Part shown: in pieces, positions 13,390 through 26,100 of the stretch
Layout of the letters: each line of letters starts with the position of its first letter
Numbering within the stretch: position 1 is the stretch's first letter
Assembly: GCA_000708835.1 (NCBI GenBank)
Contig: DF237551.1
Span: forward strand, 1 to 52,859
Reading direction: 5' to 3'
Source: Klebsormidium nitens
Taxonomy: Eukaryota > Plantae > Klebsormidiophyceae
Length of the DNA stretch: 52,859 bases
The notes under the pieces: model-generated
Databases searched by the model: none
Told to the model about the DNA's origin: nothing
Seen by the model: the letters and a program-made list of their open reading frames with translations, nothing else
Made by a program: the position numbers and the translations under genes

Positions 13390-13676
13390 TTCTTATTTCC
13401 CTGGAGAATTCTGGAAATAACACGATAACAAGATGTTTGTATTTCACAAGAAATATAGCCCTTGAAGACTTGTCTTGCGTTTGCACGTACTCTTTGCTTC
13501 TCTTTCGTTGAGGGAGTCGTTCACGAGCACACAAGCGATAGTCAGACTTCAGGCGGGGACGATCCGGAGATTGAACTGGGTTGAAGGCAGAGTAGGCCCA
13601 ATGAGGAACGTCGCCTGCACCGGCCACAGTTGGACAGTCGATCTGATGCTGATCAAATGCCTGCGATTGTTAACGG

Positions 13677-13775
13677 GAATATCATGAGGCGCCTCATTCG
13701 CATCACTTGTTCCGAAGCCTGATTGTGAATATCATGAGGCGCCTCATTCGCATCACTTGTTCCGAAGCCTGATTG
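13677..13775. repeat. Perfect 50-bp-period tandem duplication containing a 14-bp palindrome
   Basis: 13677-13725 is identical to 13727-13775. Each copy contains ATGAGGCGCCTCAT. It lies between the convergent 3' ends of the NMO and Mpv17 genes. Confidence 0.92.
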
Positions 13776-14378
13776 AGGCATTCAGTTGGAACTTTCTACA
13801 CTAGCATGGCCTGTCACTGTGCCACTCTTAGTACATGCATCGCCCTGTTAAGACCTGCCAACTGACGATAAGCACGGTCCAAACGCCAGCTATAGCCGCC
13901 TAGGCCCATGGTCATTAATGAAGTGCCGTCATGTAAGAACATGTGTCGCGGGCTGGAGAATCTTCAACAGAGATTGGGACATGCACGGCCGCGGGCGGCC
14001 TCAGTGACATATATATACGGAGTGAAGATCGTGGTAATTGGCTTCAGTGCTGTACCACATATCAACCACCAGCTAGCATGAGCGCGGTTGATTAGACCCC
14101 AAGTGGCCGGCCCAGACGCGCGATCACATGTGACGGTGTGTGCAGCGGCATGCACATACGTGATCGGGTGATCGAGCAGAAGAATAAAACTCAATTTACC
14201 GCCCGATACCTGGCCCGACTCGACATGTCACAGCCCCTGACCAAGGGCCAGTCCATATATTCAAGCTGCAACACAGGCTTGTGGAAGGAGGCAAAGAATT
14301 GTGATGCCCATTTCCGGCGAATGCCAATAACGCAAACGCCTCGCAGACATCGGACATAAGCAACGCCAAGAGCGAAGT

Positions 14379-15592
14379 CTACTTCATCATCCGAGATGAC
14401 AGGTAGAAGTTCCAAAAGATTGCGCAGACCGACATGAATCCTACTCTTGCTTGCAGCGGCACAACCCCGAAGTTAACTGTGGCTGCCGGAACCCAGAACT
14501 TCCATCCGTCCACCATCGTGGAGAAGAAGTCGGACTTGTACTTGGCAGGAAGGTCCTTGATCCGGCCAGCCCAGAGGTAGTTCCAAGCAAACACAACCGC
14601 AACCACAGCTGGGCCAAGCACAATCTGCAAGTTCAAGTCGACGGATTTCTTACAAAAGCACTTCGACGAAGGGCAACGAAGTTGAGTTCTGACTTGGGCA
14701 CCAGCAGAAGCTTAAGCATGAATGATGGAAATGGAAAGCTGCTGGCTGCCTTAAGGCCTGAAGGGTATGCTGTAATGCCAAACACGTAGCCATGCCAATA
14801 CATTTCTGAGCCCACAGTTGAATTAAGATTTGACATCAGAGGTTGTCTGAAGTGGCCAGATTGACCAGTGTCAAATGCACCGAGTCAGCTAAAAAAGGTG
14901 CCCAACTTTCTCAGTGTGTCCAGACTCGTGGGACATTCTTTTCTTGAAGAACTGAATCATCTGACTGGTCGAATGCTGTTCAGGATTCTAAACTGCAACA
15001 ACTTGCGAAACAACTTCATTCTCAAGATGCAACTTCTGTTTTTGTATGTCTTTCACCAGATCCTTAGAAACAGAGTTGGGCAACTGTTCATACAAAGTGG
15101 ATAGGAGAGAGGGCAAAGCTCGAGAAAGAACGAACCCACCTGGTTCAAGACAATCTTTGCAACAAAGTTGGACAGAGTCTTCTCGGGCAGACGCGCGTCC
15201 AAAAGCTTGTACCACCAATCCGACCCCGGCCCGTACAGCAACGCTCCGTAGGTCAGCATCCGTAAAGACCGCACAAAGTCATGGGGCACAAGCAACCAGC
15301 TCAAGACATCGTCGTCCTCCCCCGGCTTCAACGATTTCTTATGCTTGTGATACTTTCCAAGGGTCTGCGCGATTGTGTCGCCAGTCAGCGCTAACCCGCC
15401 CGCGGTTAAGCTCGCCTTGACCGGGAATTTGCCGAGCAGGCCCTCCGGCGCGCTTGCGCCAGCGGCCCCTGAGGCTGACTGCGGGCGGTGGGAGTGAGAA
15501 GCCCGCCGGCGATTCGTGCCCAGATTTCTGGAGTGTCCACAGGCATTGAGCGGCAGGTGGAATCCTGAACCAAAGGGGACGGAGGACGCCAT
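14379..15592 (-). CDS. Mpv17/PMP22 family membrane protein, 232 aa in my model
   Basis: Exons complement(15140-15592, 14379-14624). Family motifs: PVKASLTAGGLALTGDTIAQ, DFVRSLRMLTYGALLYGP, WYKLLD, KIVLNQIVLGP, GWKFWVPAATVNFGVVPLQARVGFMSVCAIFWNFYLS. Confidence 0.93.
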
Positions 15593-15791
15593 GGCAGTAA
15601 AAGCACGCTACCTGCTTCTACAACCTGTTCGCCACCTAGATTGTTCAACCTTCAGCCTTGAGTGCCGACTTAAATAAGCAGACAGATTGATTGATGGAGA
15701 TCCGCCTTTCCTAAGCTTCAGCAGCTTTCTTGGCGGCTCCAGTAAGCTGCCTGAGCGCTGCCACCTTTTGCGACTAGGCTGGGGGATTCCT

Positions 15792-16443
15792 TCAGGCCTG
15801 AAGCAGCGTGATCTCGACGTCGTCGTGAACGCCCTGCAGGAGCATCTCCGAGTCGTACTTGACGACCTTTCTCTTCTTGGCCGCCCTCAGTGTCCCGACC
15901 AGGGCTTCAAAGAGGTTGGCGCACCGGTCGTCGTTGAACAGCGTGCCGAATGTGACCTGCAATGGCCGCAAGCAAAGAGTAAAAACAAACCTCAAGTCCT
16001 GGCAAGAAAGCAAATCTGTACATTTCTCAATCACCCTGTTGATGCTTAAAGGCATGGAAGCGGGTAATTACGCCTTTAAGCCCCCATATGCGGAGTTTAG
16101 AAGCACCTGAGTTACAAAAGTCCAGACACAATCACATCAGAAACAAGGATTTGAATAAGATAGTCTGGTTGATGGCACATTGAAGCAAAGACACGAGAGC
16201 ATTCCACGACATTGACTGCCCGGTATGAAAGAAAATTCAGACTTTACCAACACTTTTCCTTTCTGATAGTTTGGTGCCTGCCTGAATCGGCATACCACCA
16301 GGTCATACAATACACGTCTGCTTGAAAGACAAGCAGACGCGGCGACCACTGCGCGCACCTACCTTGTAAGTTCCGTCAGCTTCCTTTTTGCCGAGACGTT
16401 TGATCTCCGTCTTCAGCTCTTCCACTTCCTTATCGACATTCAT
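15792..16443 (-). CDS. ABRACL: Costars family protein (ABRA C-terminal-like), 81 aa
   Basis: Exons complement(16363-16443, 15792-15956) give MNVDKEVEELKTEIKRLGKKEADGTYKVTFGTLFNDDRCANLFEALVGTLRAAKKRKVVKYDSEMLLQGVHDDVEITLLQA, the typical Costars signature. Exon 1 is too short to appear in the ORF track. Confidence 0.95.
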
Positions 16444-17154
16444 GTCGTCTCCAAAACAAGAAAGCGCCCCCCCCCCTTCGCGTTTTTCGCCTTCCTAAAG
16501 TTGCCTGGACAGGATCTCAACTTTCAAGCAGTTCAAGCCTCAAGCCTGAGCTTGAGTTCTAGCTTGCAAGTTGCAACCTGCTCCGACTCGGTGTCCTCCG
16601 CTTCAACGACTGTCGTTCTCCCGTAGCCGGGACCGCGACGCTCGACCAACCGAGCTCTCAATACCTCCCGGTAGAGTCACAGGGGCTGTGGGGAAGGTGA
16701 CCCGGGGAACCATAACCGCGTACTCACTTTCCACGGTGTTCGTAGACCGGGTGCATGTGGAGTCACCGGGTAGATTTTCCCCTTACTGACCGCAGGCGGG
16801 GCGGCAGGCGCCTGGCGCACTCCGAAATAGCAAGCTAGAAATTGGCGCCAAAACCTAAAGTTAAAGAAGCGGAGAAAAGTCTGCATGCGTCACCGTGACC
16901 TGGCATGGTGGTCCGTGCTGCCTCAATTGCGGAAGATGTTGTGCAGAATCTCTGGCTCAGATACAAGCTGTTTTTCTTCCTCCAGTTCGGTTGAACTGTC
17001 TTCTGCTTTCTGCAAGGGCGTAAACAGTGGTGGTTCTACGATGCAGCCGGTGTAAGTCTGTGGATAGGTGATTACATTGCATGCAAAAAACATATTAAGT
17101 CGTCCAGGAAATTGCCTCATGATTCTGTAGAAGGTCCACTGATTGAGAGACACC

Positions 17155-20100
17155 ATGTCTCGGAGCCGGACTGACCCAAAGGCAACTGCAGTGGCGGAGT
17201 TGGGGCCAAAACTGTCAGCTCCGGGTCTAGCAAAGGATGCGCTCTTGAAGACTTTGAAGGTGAGGCTGTCCTTGAGTCTTTGCTGCATGGATTGATGCGA
17301 TCATGTTTTGTTGATTGAATGCTGCAAATTTCAGAGAGTATTCACGAAATTAAGCAAGCGGACATGGCATCGCGTAAGGGTTAACTCAAAGTGCATGGAA
17401 AGGGTGTCAATTTGCTCAACGGCGGAAGAGGCATCTGAACCTCCAGCACCTGGCACAGATTAAATCTCCACCAGAAAAGTACTTGTAGGGAGCTGGCTAC
17501 GATTCATTTGATTCTTCCGGTCAAGTTCACCGCTGTTCTTCCTCTTTTGTTCGGTTTACCTTAGGAGGGCCACCTAAAACAGGTGGCACAGCGCACGACT
17601 GCTGCGCTTAGCTATATAGCTGGGGTTTGCTATGAACCGGGTATGGTAAATTCTTGTTGTCATGCAAATGTGGCTCAGTGTCTGGTGGTGTATCCTAGAT
17701 TTCACTGAAGGGTAAAGTACGAAGAGAAGTAATCAGCATCAGTCGTGCCTTAGGTTGAGAGCTTCGAAAAAAGTTCAGATGTGTGTGAGAAGCAGGACAG
17801 AGTGTTGGAATGGCCCCGGTGCATTCTTATTTCCCCCACCGCCATATGAAGGGCAGAAGATCCTTCTGTAGAATCTTCTGGAGGTTCTGACGATAGTACC
17901 ATTTTATTTTATTTTATAGTGCCATTTTAGGTACTCAACGAAGGTCTCACTGAATCAGTCCCCTCCCCCGTTCCTTTCAGAACAGATACTGCAGAACATG
18001 GTCACTCCTACTGCCTTGGTCCGCTTCTTATTTCAGTTCAAGGAAACTGGCCGTCGCCTGTATGTAAAACCTGAACCTGGCTTGCTGATTCTTTTTTCCA
18101 GAGCATAGGCTGTCTTTACCTTGAGAAGTATCCGCCGGGCCTTTGTTCTAAGGCATAAGCTCCCTTCACACATATCCTGACTCGCTCCTCCCGGTCTTAC
18201 GCTCTCACAGCAAGGCTCGGGCCTCCTTGCTGAGCTCGGCCCAGTAGCATCACCCAGCGTAAAGAACACGATTAAGCCCTTCGTAGAGGCACTTGGACAG
18301 CAGTCAATCGTTCGTCACAAGGACAAGGATGTCAAGCTGCTGGCAGCGTCATGCATCAGCGAAGTGCTCAGGCTGTGCGCCCCCGACGCTCCATATGAGG
18401 ACCCGACCCTCAAGGTAGGGGATACTAGACCCGCTGACACTGGACAAAGGGGGCTCCACACTTTTTACTAGTGTTTGAACCGAGGAAACTTTTGTAGGCA
18501 GGGTGATTACAAGACCTTGCCTGTAGTGGTTACTTCCTCGGTCTGCATTATTGGTGGGACTGGCGAGTGAAGCATCTGCGGTCAGTCTGGACTCTCTTTG
18601 TGCTTTGTACTTCTTCCAAAGTCGCGCTGGCAGATACGTCTGGAGTTACAGATCAAAGCTTTTGTTCTAGCTCGGGATGCTTCGCACGGAGAGTCTGCAC
18701 TAGCAAAATCCGCTTGTGACACTGCCTTTCATGTTTCTTCGAGTGTCCCGTTCTCGTCAGTCTTTGAAGTTGCTGAAGCGTTTCGATCTCGCTTCTTCAC
18801 CAACTTTTGTGAGTGCAGGACATCTTCCGGCTCTTTACCTCCGTCTTCGAAGGGCTCAACGAAGTCACGGGGTCGTCCTACCTCAAGCGCGTCGCGGTCC
18901 TGGAGAGCCTCGCCAAAGTCAAGTCGTGTGTCATGATACTGGACCTAGACGATGAGGAGCTGGTGCTCAGGTTCATGGAGACTCTGTTCGACGTCATCCA
19001 GTGAGTCCTCTCGTCCAGGCTGCCAAGTTCTGAACGACAATGGCTTGTATGATGCAAGGTGCTACCAGTGTTTACAGGGTGCTAACCTTGTGCATGGAGG
19101 GGTTTGTTAAATAGTGGCGCGTATGAGTCGGCCACTGAAGGGCATGGAATGTTAGGAAGGCAACGAAGACCGATCAAACTTCTCTAGTCACTCCTCTGCA
19201 CCGTATGGAGGAGTCGCTGATATGATGCTGCTTTCAAGCAGCACCTACGAAAGGTTGGCGAGCTTCTACAAGGTCGATCAGCCATCACAGGGAAAAACGA
19301 CTTGTCGAACATTACTGTTGCCAGTAACTTCAGGGACGAAGAAGATTAAAGTAACCTTATCCTTCGAGCGTCTCTTCTTATCGAAAACCCGGATTTGCAT
19401 TGTGGGGCTGGTTGATCCCCTAGAATTCAGGGGTCAAGCCTCTGACTGGTTTGCCTAAAGTCGATGCTGCTCCTCGTTCAACAGTATCGACCAAGCGAGG
19501 AATGTGCGCATGGCTATCTTGGAGGTGCTGGCGATCCTGATTGACGAGAGCGAAGACGTCACGCAGCCCTTTCTGGACCTCATACTCTCGTACCTGTTCT
19601 CTCCCAAAAAGGTAACGATGGCCGTGCTTCTTCTGTCCAAGCTGTAAGCATCTGGATTCCATGTGTGGCAAGTGCGATCAAGCGTTTCGATTGCCACAAC
19701 TGAACCATCGAATGGAGGCTTGTATACAGCGTGGCCTGCAAAGCCTGGCAACGAACGTTTGCTCAACCCTCTCGGTGGCAGCTGAATTCTGCGTAACAAG
19801 GTCGGTGAAAGTTCCACCTTTTTCCCCTCGTTACAGAGAGATTGTCTGACGTCCCGGTTTCTGGATTGTGAGCCCGATGGAAGGTCCTGCGACGTTGTGA
19901 GACACTCTTCCATTCAATCAAATCTGATCTGGGTTGGAGATGACTCCGCGGGCCTTCTAGCATCCCTTCCCGTTCCGCAGAACAACAACCCCGCGGCTGC
20001 GCAGCTGGCGCAGGAGCGATAAGAGGTCTTGCGACATTGTGACAAACTATCAAAAGACTTTCAGCATAAACAACGTAGAATTAAGAAAGCTCTGCAATCG

Positions 20101-23100
20101 GCCGCACACAATCCCTTCTCTTTTCTGCAGAACGATAACTCTGCGGCTATGCAGCTGGGGCAGGCGCGCTGGGAGGTCTTGCGACAGTCTGCCACACTAT
20201 CATCTTCCAGCTTGCCCCGAAGAAAGCTTCTGAATTCGTACAACATCCCTTTCCGTTTTGTAGAACGACAACCCCGCAGCCGCGCAGCTGGCGCAGGCGC
20301 TCCTGAAGCGCGAGGTGGAGGTGCTGCGCAACCCGCTCCAACAGTTCCTGCTCTCGGTGATGCTTAAGGGCAAGTCGCAGAGCGAGCTTAAGAAGGACTA
20401 CCATGACATCATCTATGAGGTGTACCGCGCCGCGCCGCAGCTGCTGATGACGGTGCTGCCAAACCTGGAGGGGGAGCTGCAGGTGGGGGGCGGGTCAATT
20501 GTATGATTTGGAGCGGATAGCTTACCTGGTTGTGGGACAGGTCGTATATGCTGTCGAGCTGCCATTGCACTTCAAACACCTCCCTGTGTTTTGTGTGTCT
20601 GTCTTACGTTGATTCGATCTTCTCATCCCTCGGATACGCTTGGAAGACAAGGAGCTTTGGTTGACCCAACCACACTCACACTCAATACGATTTCCTCAGG
20701 TGAAGCAACCTGTTGAAAGCGATCGGGCCTGCCGGACAAAAGCTCTTCAAGTTTGGCCCCTATCAAGAATCTGGATCAAGCTTGCTTTCAAGACGCCATC
20801 CAACTTCTTTTGAATTCTGTACTCAGGTAGACCAAGTCGAGACCCGGCTGAAAGCGATCGACTTGCTCGGCAAGATCTTCTGCATCCCGGGCGATCAGGC
20901 GGCCACCGAGTACCGCCCGCTCTACAACGAGTTCGTCCTCCGCTTTAACGACAAAGCCGTCGAAGTACGCGCCAAGATGGTGCAGTGGGCCCAGCAGTTC
21001 CTGCCGTCGGCGCCGGACGCGCAGGCGAAAGAGATCTCAGGTGCTGAAGCGTTTCGCCCGCAGCCTGATGTTCACCTTAATACGATAATTGATTCGCGTC
21101 TAGACGCTGTTTGGAGGCCTATATCAGTTTCCTGCGATTCCTTGCTTTGTTTCTGTAGGTCGGGAGGATGTCTTATGTGTGCTTTCTGCTTTTCTTGATG
21201 TACATTTGTTTCTGACTGAATCTGACAGTGCGCAGCTTAGTAAGGTGCACTCTAAATTTGACTTGTATAAGGTGCGTGGCAAGCAAAGATGGTTCTCGTC
21301 AAACGGCCCTGCGCGTTAGTTTTGGTGCACCTGGCTCGTCCTTCTTGATAAACAGAAACATCAACAGTTCGCAAACCCTTCGGCCACATATGATGTACAA
21401 CCATCTGTGGCCCTCAAAAGTTTCTGATCCTGCGCCGCTTGCTCCTTTCAATATACATTTCCTTTGGCTCACAACGCAACCCGTCCTCAACACTGAAGCG
21501 CCCTAGCCCTCGAAAACCTTTCCTTCGCAAAGGCCCACATACTTGCGTGCGGTGCGGTGCAGACAACTTACTGCAGCGGCTGAAAGACTACGACGATAAG
21601 ATCCGGTCCCAGGCCGCTGTGGCGGCCTGCGAGGTGGCGAGCGTCAACCCGGACGCAGTCTCGGCGGAGCTGCTCATGGCTGCCGCCGACCGGATGCGAG
21701 ACAAGAAGGTGAGCAGCGGGGCAAAGCTGGTGATCTAATGTATCGATTAGATTACCAAAAGGAGACGAAAGCTGCTCCTCCTCCAGTTTGAGTCCTGCCC
21801 TCTTGTTCTGAATTTGTTCAGGCGGGCGAGGATCCGGGATCGGTTCCTTTCTGCTTGCAGCTGTCCCTGCATCTGACATGGACACACCGCTGATCTGCTC
21901 TTGGTGATTCGTTTTGAGTTGCCCGACGTTGCGTCATCCAAAGCAACCCAAGCTATTGCTTCCTCTTTCCCTCCTCGGTTGGTTTAAAAGCGAAGAAGCG
22001 GTGATCATTGCAATCATTGCGATGCTGACGAGGCTCCTGTTGCCAGGTATTTGTCCGGAAGGACGCCCTCAAAGCGTTCACCCAGCTGTACAGCAAACAG
22101 GTCACGTGGGTGACGCAAGGGCAGAGCGTCGACGACAGCAAGTTCGCGTGGATTCCGGCCCGGCTAGTCCGCCTTGTATACGATAAGGACATCAAGTGAG
22201 TGGTGGTATCTAACCGGGGCGGGCTCTCCGCTATGGACATGTTCTTCGCTGTTTGCTTGCATGCCTGAGTTGTTTAATTCAAGTGTCGCTTGAGTGAAGT
22301 GTACCATGGTTTGTTGGCGGCTTCGGCAGCGGGGTTTGAGAGGTCCGAGCGGCCAGCTAGCACTGATAGAAGTCCGCAGGAGCAGCGCTACCGGGAAGGA
22401 CCACAGGCATCTTTACGGAGTAGAGTCACTCGTTTATGCCAGTCTCAACCCCTCAATCGTTTGCGGATGACATAACTCGAGGCCGTCAGACCTGTTCTGT
22501 GTTCAGACCTTGGTCCCGCTTTTGAAGAGACACCGGCCATGCCGTAATGTTACTGTTTGCAACACACAAAACTGGCACGACTTTTCGTATTGCTTGGTCA
22601 GAAAAAGGTTCTTCGAATCGCAGATCATACGGTAAACGTGTAAATCTTTCAAATAACCTTCTAAAGCCGCTCGACGTACCCCTTCTCAGATATCAACACA
22701 TTCAGAACGTCTTTGAGGAGGAGCTTTTCCCCGTGAAAACGCCGGTCGAGCAAAGAGCCCGGCACTGGGTGTCCATGTTTAGCACGGTGGACGATGTCGA
22801 AAGGAAAGGACTGGGATTCATTATGACTCTGAAACAAAGGTGAGATCCGCTGCTTTTTGGAGCAATTTATGACCCCTCCACGACAGCGGTATACTTTTGT
22901 GCCTTGCTTCTCCTCGTCCTCCCCTAGTGAGCGCCACAGCAGCTGCTTATGAACGAGAATGCTTTTCATGAAGTGCATCAACACCCTGGATCAAGCTTTC
23001 TTGTAATCTGCCTTCGTTTGCAGATTATCGGACGTAAGAAACACGTCTGTGTCTCTCCAATCTCTGCAAATTGTCATTTGCACCTGTCCTCCTCCTCCAC

Positions 23101-26100
23101 TCAAACCTCGGTTCTGAAAATTCCACGCTTTGCGAGACGCTAATCATCATCAACCTGTTTCGAAAATGCATGCCTCCCCCTTAAAAGGTTAGCTTTTTGA
23201 AAGTCCCGAATCTGTTAGGTGTCCTGATAAAATTGAGCAACGCCTGATCGTACCCCGTTGTCTTTGTTCAGGGCGCAGCAGGAGATGCGTACGTACCTTG
23301 AAGTCAGGCAGCTGCTCAAGGTGGGATTGCGCATCTTTTTAATTTGAATTCAGGACCGTCACATGAAGTTCGACAATTCTGATCCGTGCCGCAATCGCAA
23401 TGAGCATTTGATGCCGTCACTTCGCCGTCGATGCTCGTCACGTGCCCTTTACTCGAAAGGATTTGAACAGAGTAGTGATATCAACAACCTCGATGGACGC
23501 TGCTACTTCTGCTCTCTCCGCAGGAGAGCCCCACCGACAAGGAGCTCCAACACCGCAAGACTGCAGCGTTCCGGACGCTGTCGACCACCTTTCTGGACCC
23601 CAGCCAGAGCGAGCCTTCCGTGCTCTTTTTACACGGAACATTCCAACCGTTCGTCTTCTCAATCTTGCAGGAGAACCCCACCGATAAAGAAACCCAAGAC
23701 CGCAAGACTGCAGCGTTCCGGTCGCTGTCGACCAACTTTGTGGACCCCAACAAGGCCATGGAGCACCTGGCCAAGCTGGACCAACTGAAAGACAACGCTA
23801 TCTTCAAGGGCCTGGCGCAGCTACTGGACGTCGGGGTCTCCATGGTGGCGGCCAAGAAAGCGCAGGTAAGCCCATTTCCTTGCGCAGGCCCATGAGACCA
23901 TTGAGTCCACAATCTCTTTCCCTGGCGCGTTCGGCGGGAGAAGGTGAACGCCTCAACAGTTTCGAGTTCCGGCAGTCAGGGCTCTCTTAGGGGTTCTTGT
24001 TGATGCACGCACGACTGAGGCCCGCTGAACGTGCGAATCAGCAGGTTACCGTAGATTTATCTTGTCTAAACTCCAAGCTACATTCTCCCTTTGCCTCCTT
24101 TGTCCTTCTGTCTGCTTTTCAATTCCACGAAGAGGTCCTCTGGCGGCTGGGTCAGAGCTTCGTCCAGAAGAGCAAGACCGTAGAGATGGTATCACGATGG
24201 AGGAAGGGGCTGTCGGAGTTCCGTTGAGTCGCATAATACAAGAGAAGAGTACTGAAGGAACATTCACCATATGCAGTAGGACGTGCTAAGCGGCTGGGCA
24301 ACGTTGTCATAACAGGATTTGGATCTAAGCAACGATCACTTAAGCGGCGCTGTTGTGTTTCAGGAGGACGTGCTGAAGCCGCTGGTCAGAAGCACGCGCA
24401 GCAAGTTGTCCAGACGCTTGACTTCAAATGATCAAGATAGTGTAATCTGAAGCTTTAAGAAAGACTAGTCTCGATTGCAAGACAAAAGTAAAAAATATGA
24501 TACTTGCTTGCAGGAGGACGTGCTGAAGCGGCTCGGTCAGAAGCACGCGCAGCACGACTTCCTCAAGGCGCTCGCGCAGAAGGTGTCGTACACTCTCATC
24601 AGCAAGGATTTGGTGACCGCCATCTTGGGCCTGCTCTCGGAGCGTGGGGGCCTGGGACCCAGCCTCATGAAAGCAGCGGTGGACCTTCTAGCCGTGAGTA
24701 CTTCTGGAGCGTTCAGTGAGCACGTCTAGCTAGCGATTTCACCTAAAAGCTACCTGCTTGTAGTGGGAAGTGGAGTGGTCGGAGTACTCATGGCTGAAAT
24801 TTCCAGGTTGTCAGTTCCAATGGAAGCTGTGGTCATCCTTTCGGCCGGCTTTCTTTTCCTGTCGGCTGTGATCGAAGCTGGAGCGGTGTCAGTCCCCATG
24901 GTATATATTTCCTTTCTTCGGTGTCTTACACCCTTCTGGTCGAAGCTGCCACCAAAGTTGGGACGCAGCGGCTTCTCGTCACACGGAAGGCCCTGTAGAG
25001 ATACCATCCCTTCTTCCTATTGGTCCCCCGACAATCTTCTAGGATCGTTTTCTGGAAGTGAAAGGTACCTGCTGGTGAAAGGTAACTTGAGCAAAGTGGA
25101 AGCGTTTTTTGGTGTTGCAGGCGATTGCGTCCCACTTCCCGCACCTCCTGGCTGACTCGGTGGACACGATGCTGGCGCTACTAGAAGAGGAGAGCGACGT
25201 GCTGAAAGACGCGGGGACGCAGCTGCTGGCCAAAGTGGGGACCCAGCTCAAGAACAGCGGGGGAGAAGCGAGGTGAACACTGCTAATTCTCTGTCTGGAA
25301 AGTGTTCTAAAGCCGAAGCGTGCGGATGCAGGGCGGCACTTCTCTTGTGTCAGACGTCGCTAAAAGCAAGTAAAGCGGAACTCATTTCAAAATTTCATGT
25401 AGGGAAACGGGGACTGCGCTTTGATAATGGAATTTTGAGTAGCCATTCAGCCGGGAAGGCGTCTGTGCTTATTGATTGACCATCTGCCGCACGCTCAAAG
25501 TCGGTGCTTCGTTTGAGGTATGGTTTAGTGTCAAACATAGAGCAGTTGGCCCCTGGTGCCGAGCAGGGCATTACGAATGAGCACAACAGAGTCCGTGATG
25601 TCAAGGAGGCCTAGGGCGACAGCAATTGCTCCCCATGCAATTGTCAGACTCCAGCTTCACTTCTGCATAGGAAAGGTGGTGAGACTGACAAACAACATCC
25701 GTTGCTCGCTCTTTCGCTTTGCTGATGCCGCGGTCCCCATCCCTGCAGTCAAATCTGGTCCCATTTGGAGCGGCTGTGCTTGGCCGGCACGCGCAACCAA
25801 GCCAAGAACGCCATGCTGGCCCTTCTGAGTCTATCTAGAGACGACGCCGGTACTGAGCCCCTCTCCGAGCTATACGAGGTACGATAGCATGCTTATCGCT
25901 GACCCTGCTGCACTGGCAGCAATTTTGGCCATCCAAGTGCCCAGTTTCCTTTGTAGCTTCTGGTAGTTCTTTGCAGACCAGTGGTGCCGCTCAGACTTGG
26001 ATTCAGTGCGACTCACGAAAGATATGTTTTCTATCGCTCAACGTGTCCGAGATCTGTTCGGTTCTCACTTTGTCGCACCCTACCTAGCGCTCACTCTGTG

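Noticed and set aside
16923-17288. 121-aa minus-strand ORF
   Set aside because: Antisense to PDS5 exon 1; no recognisable homology.
17565-17640. Possible extra PDS5 exon (TTAG|GAGGGCCACCTAAAACAG)
   Set aside because: Exon 1 joins exon 2 at 18211 to give the expected plant PDS5 N-terminus without it.
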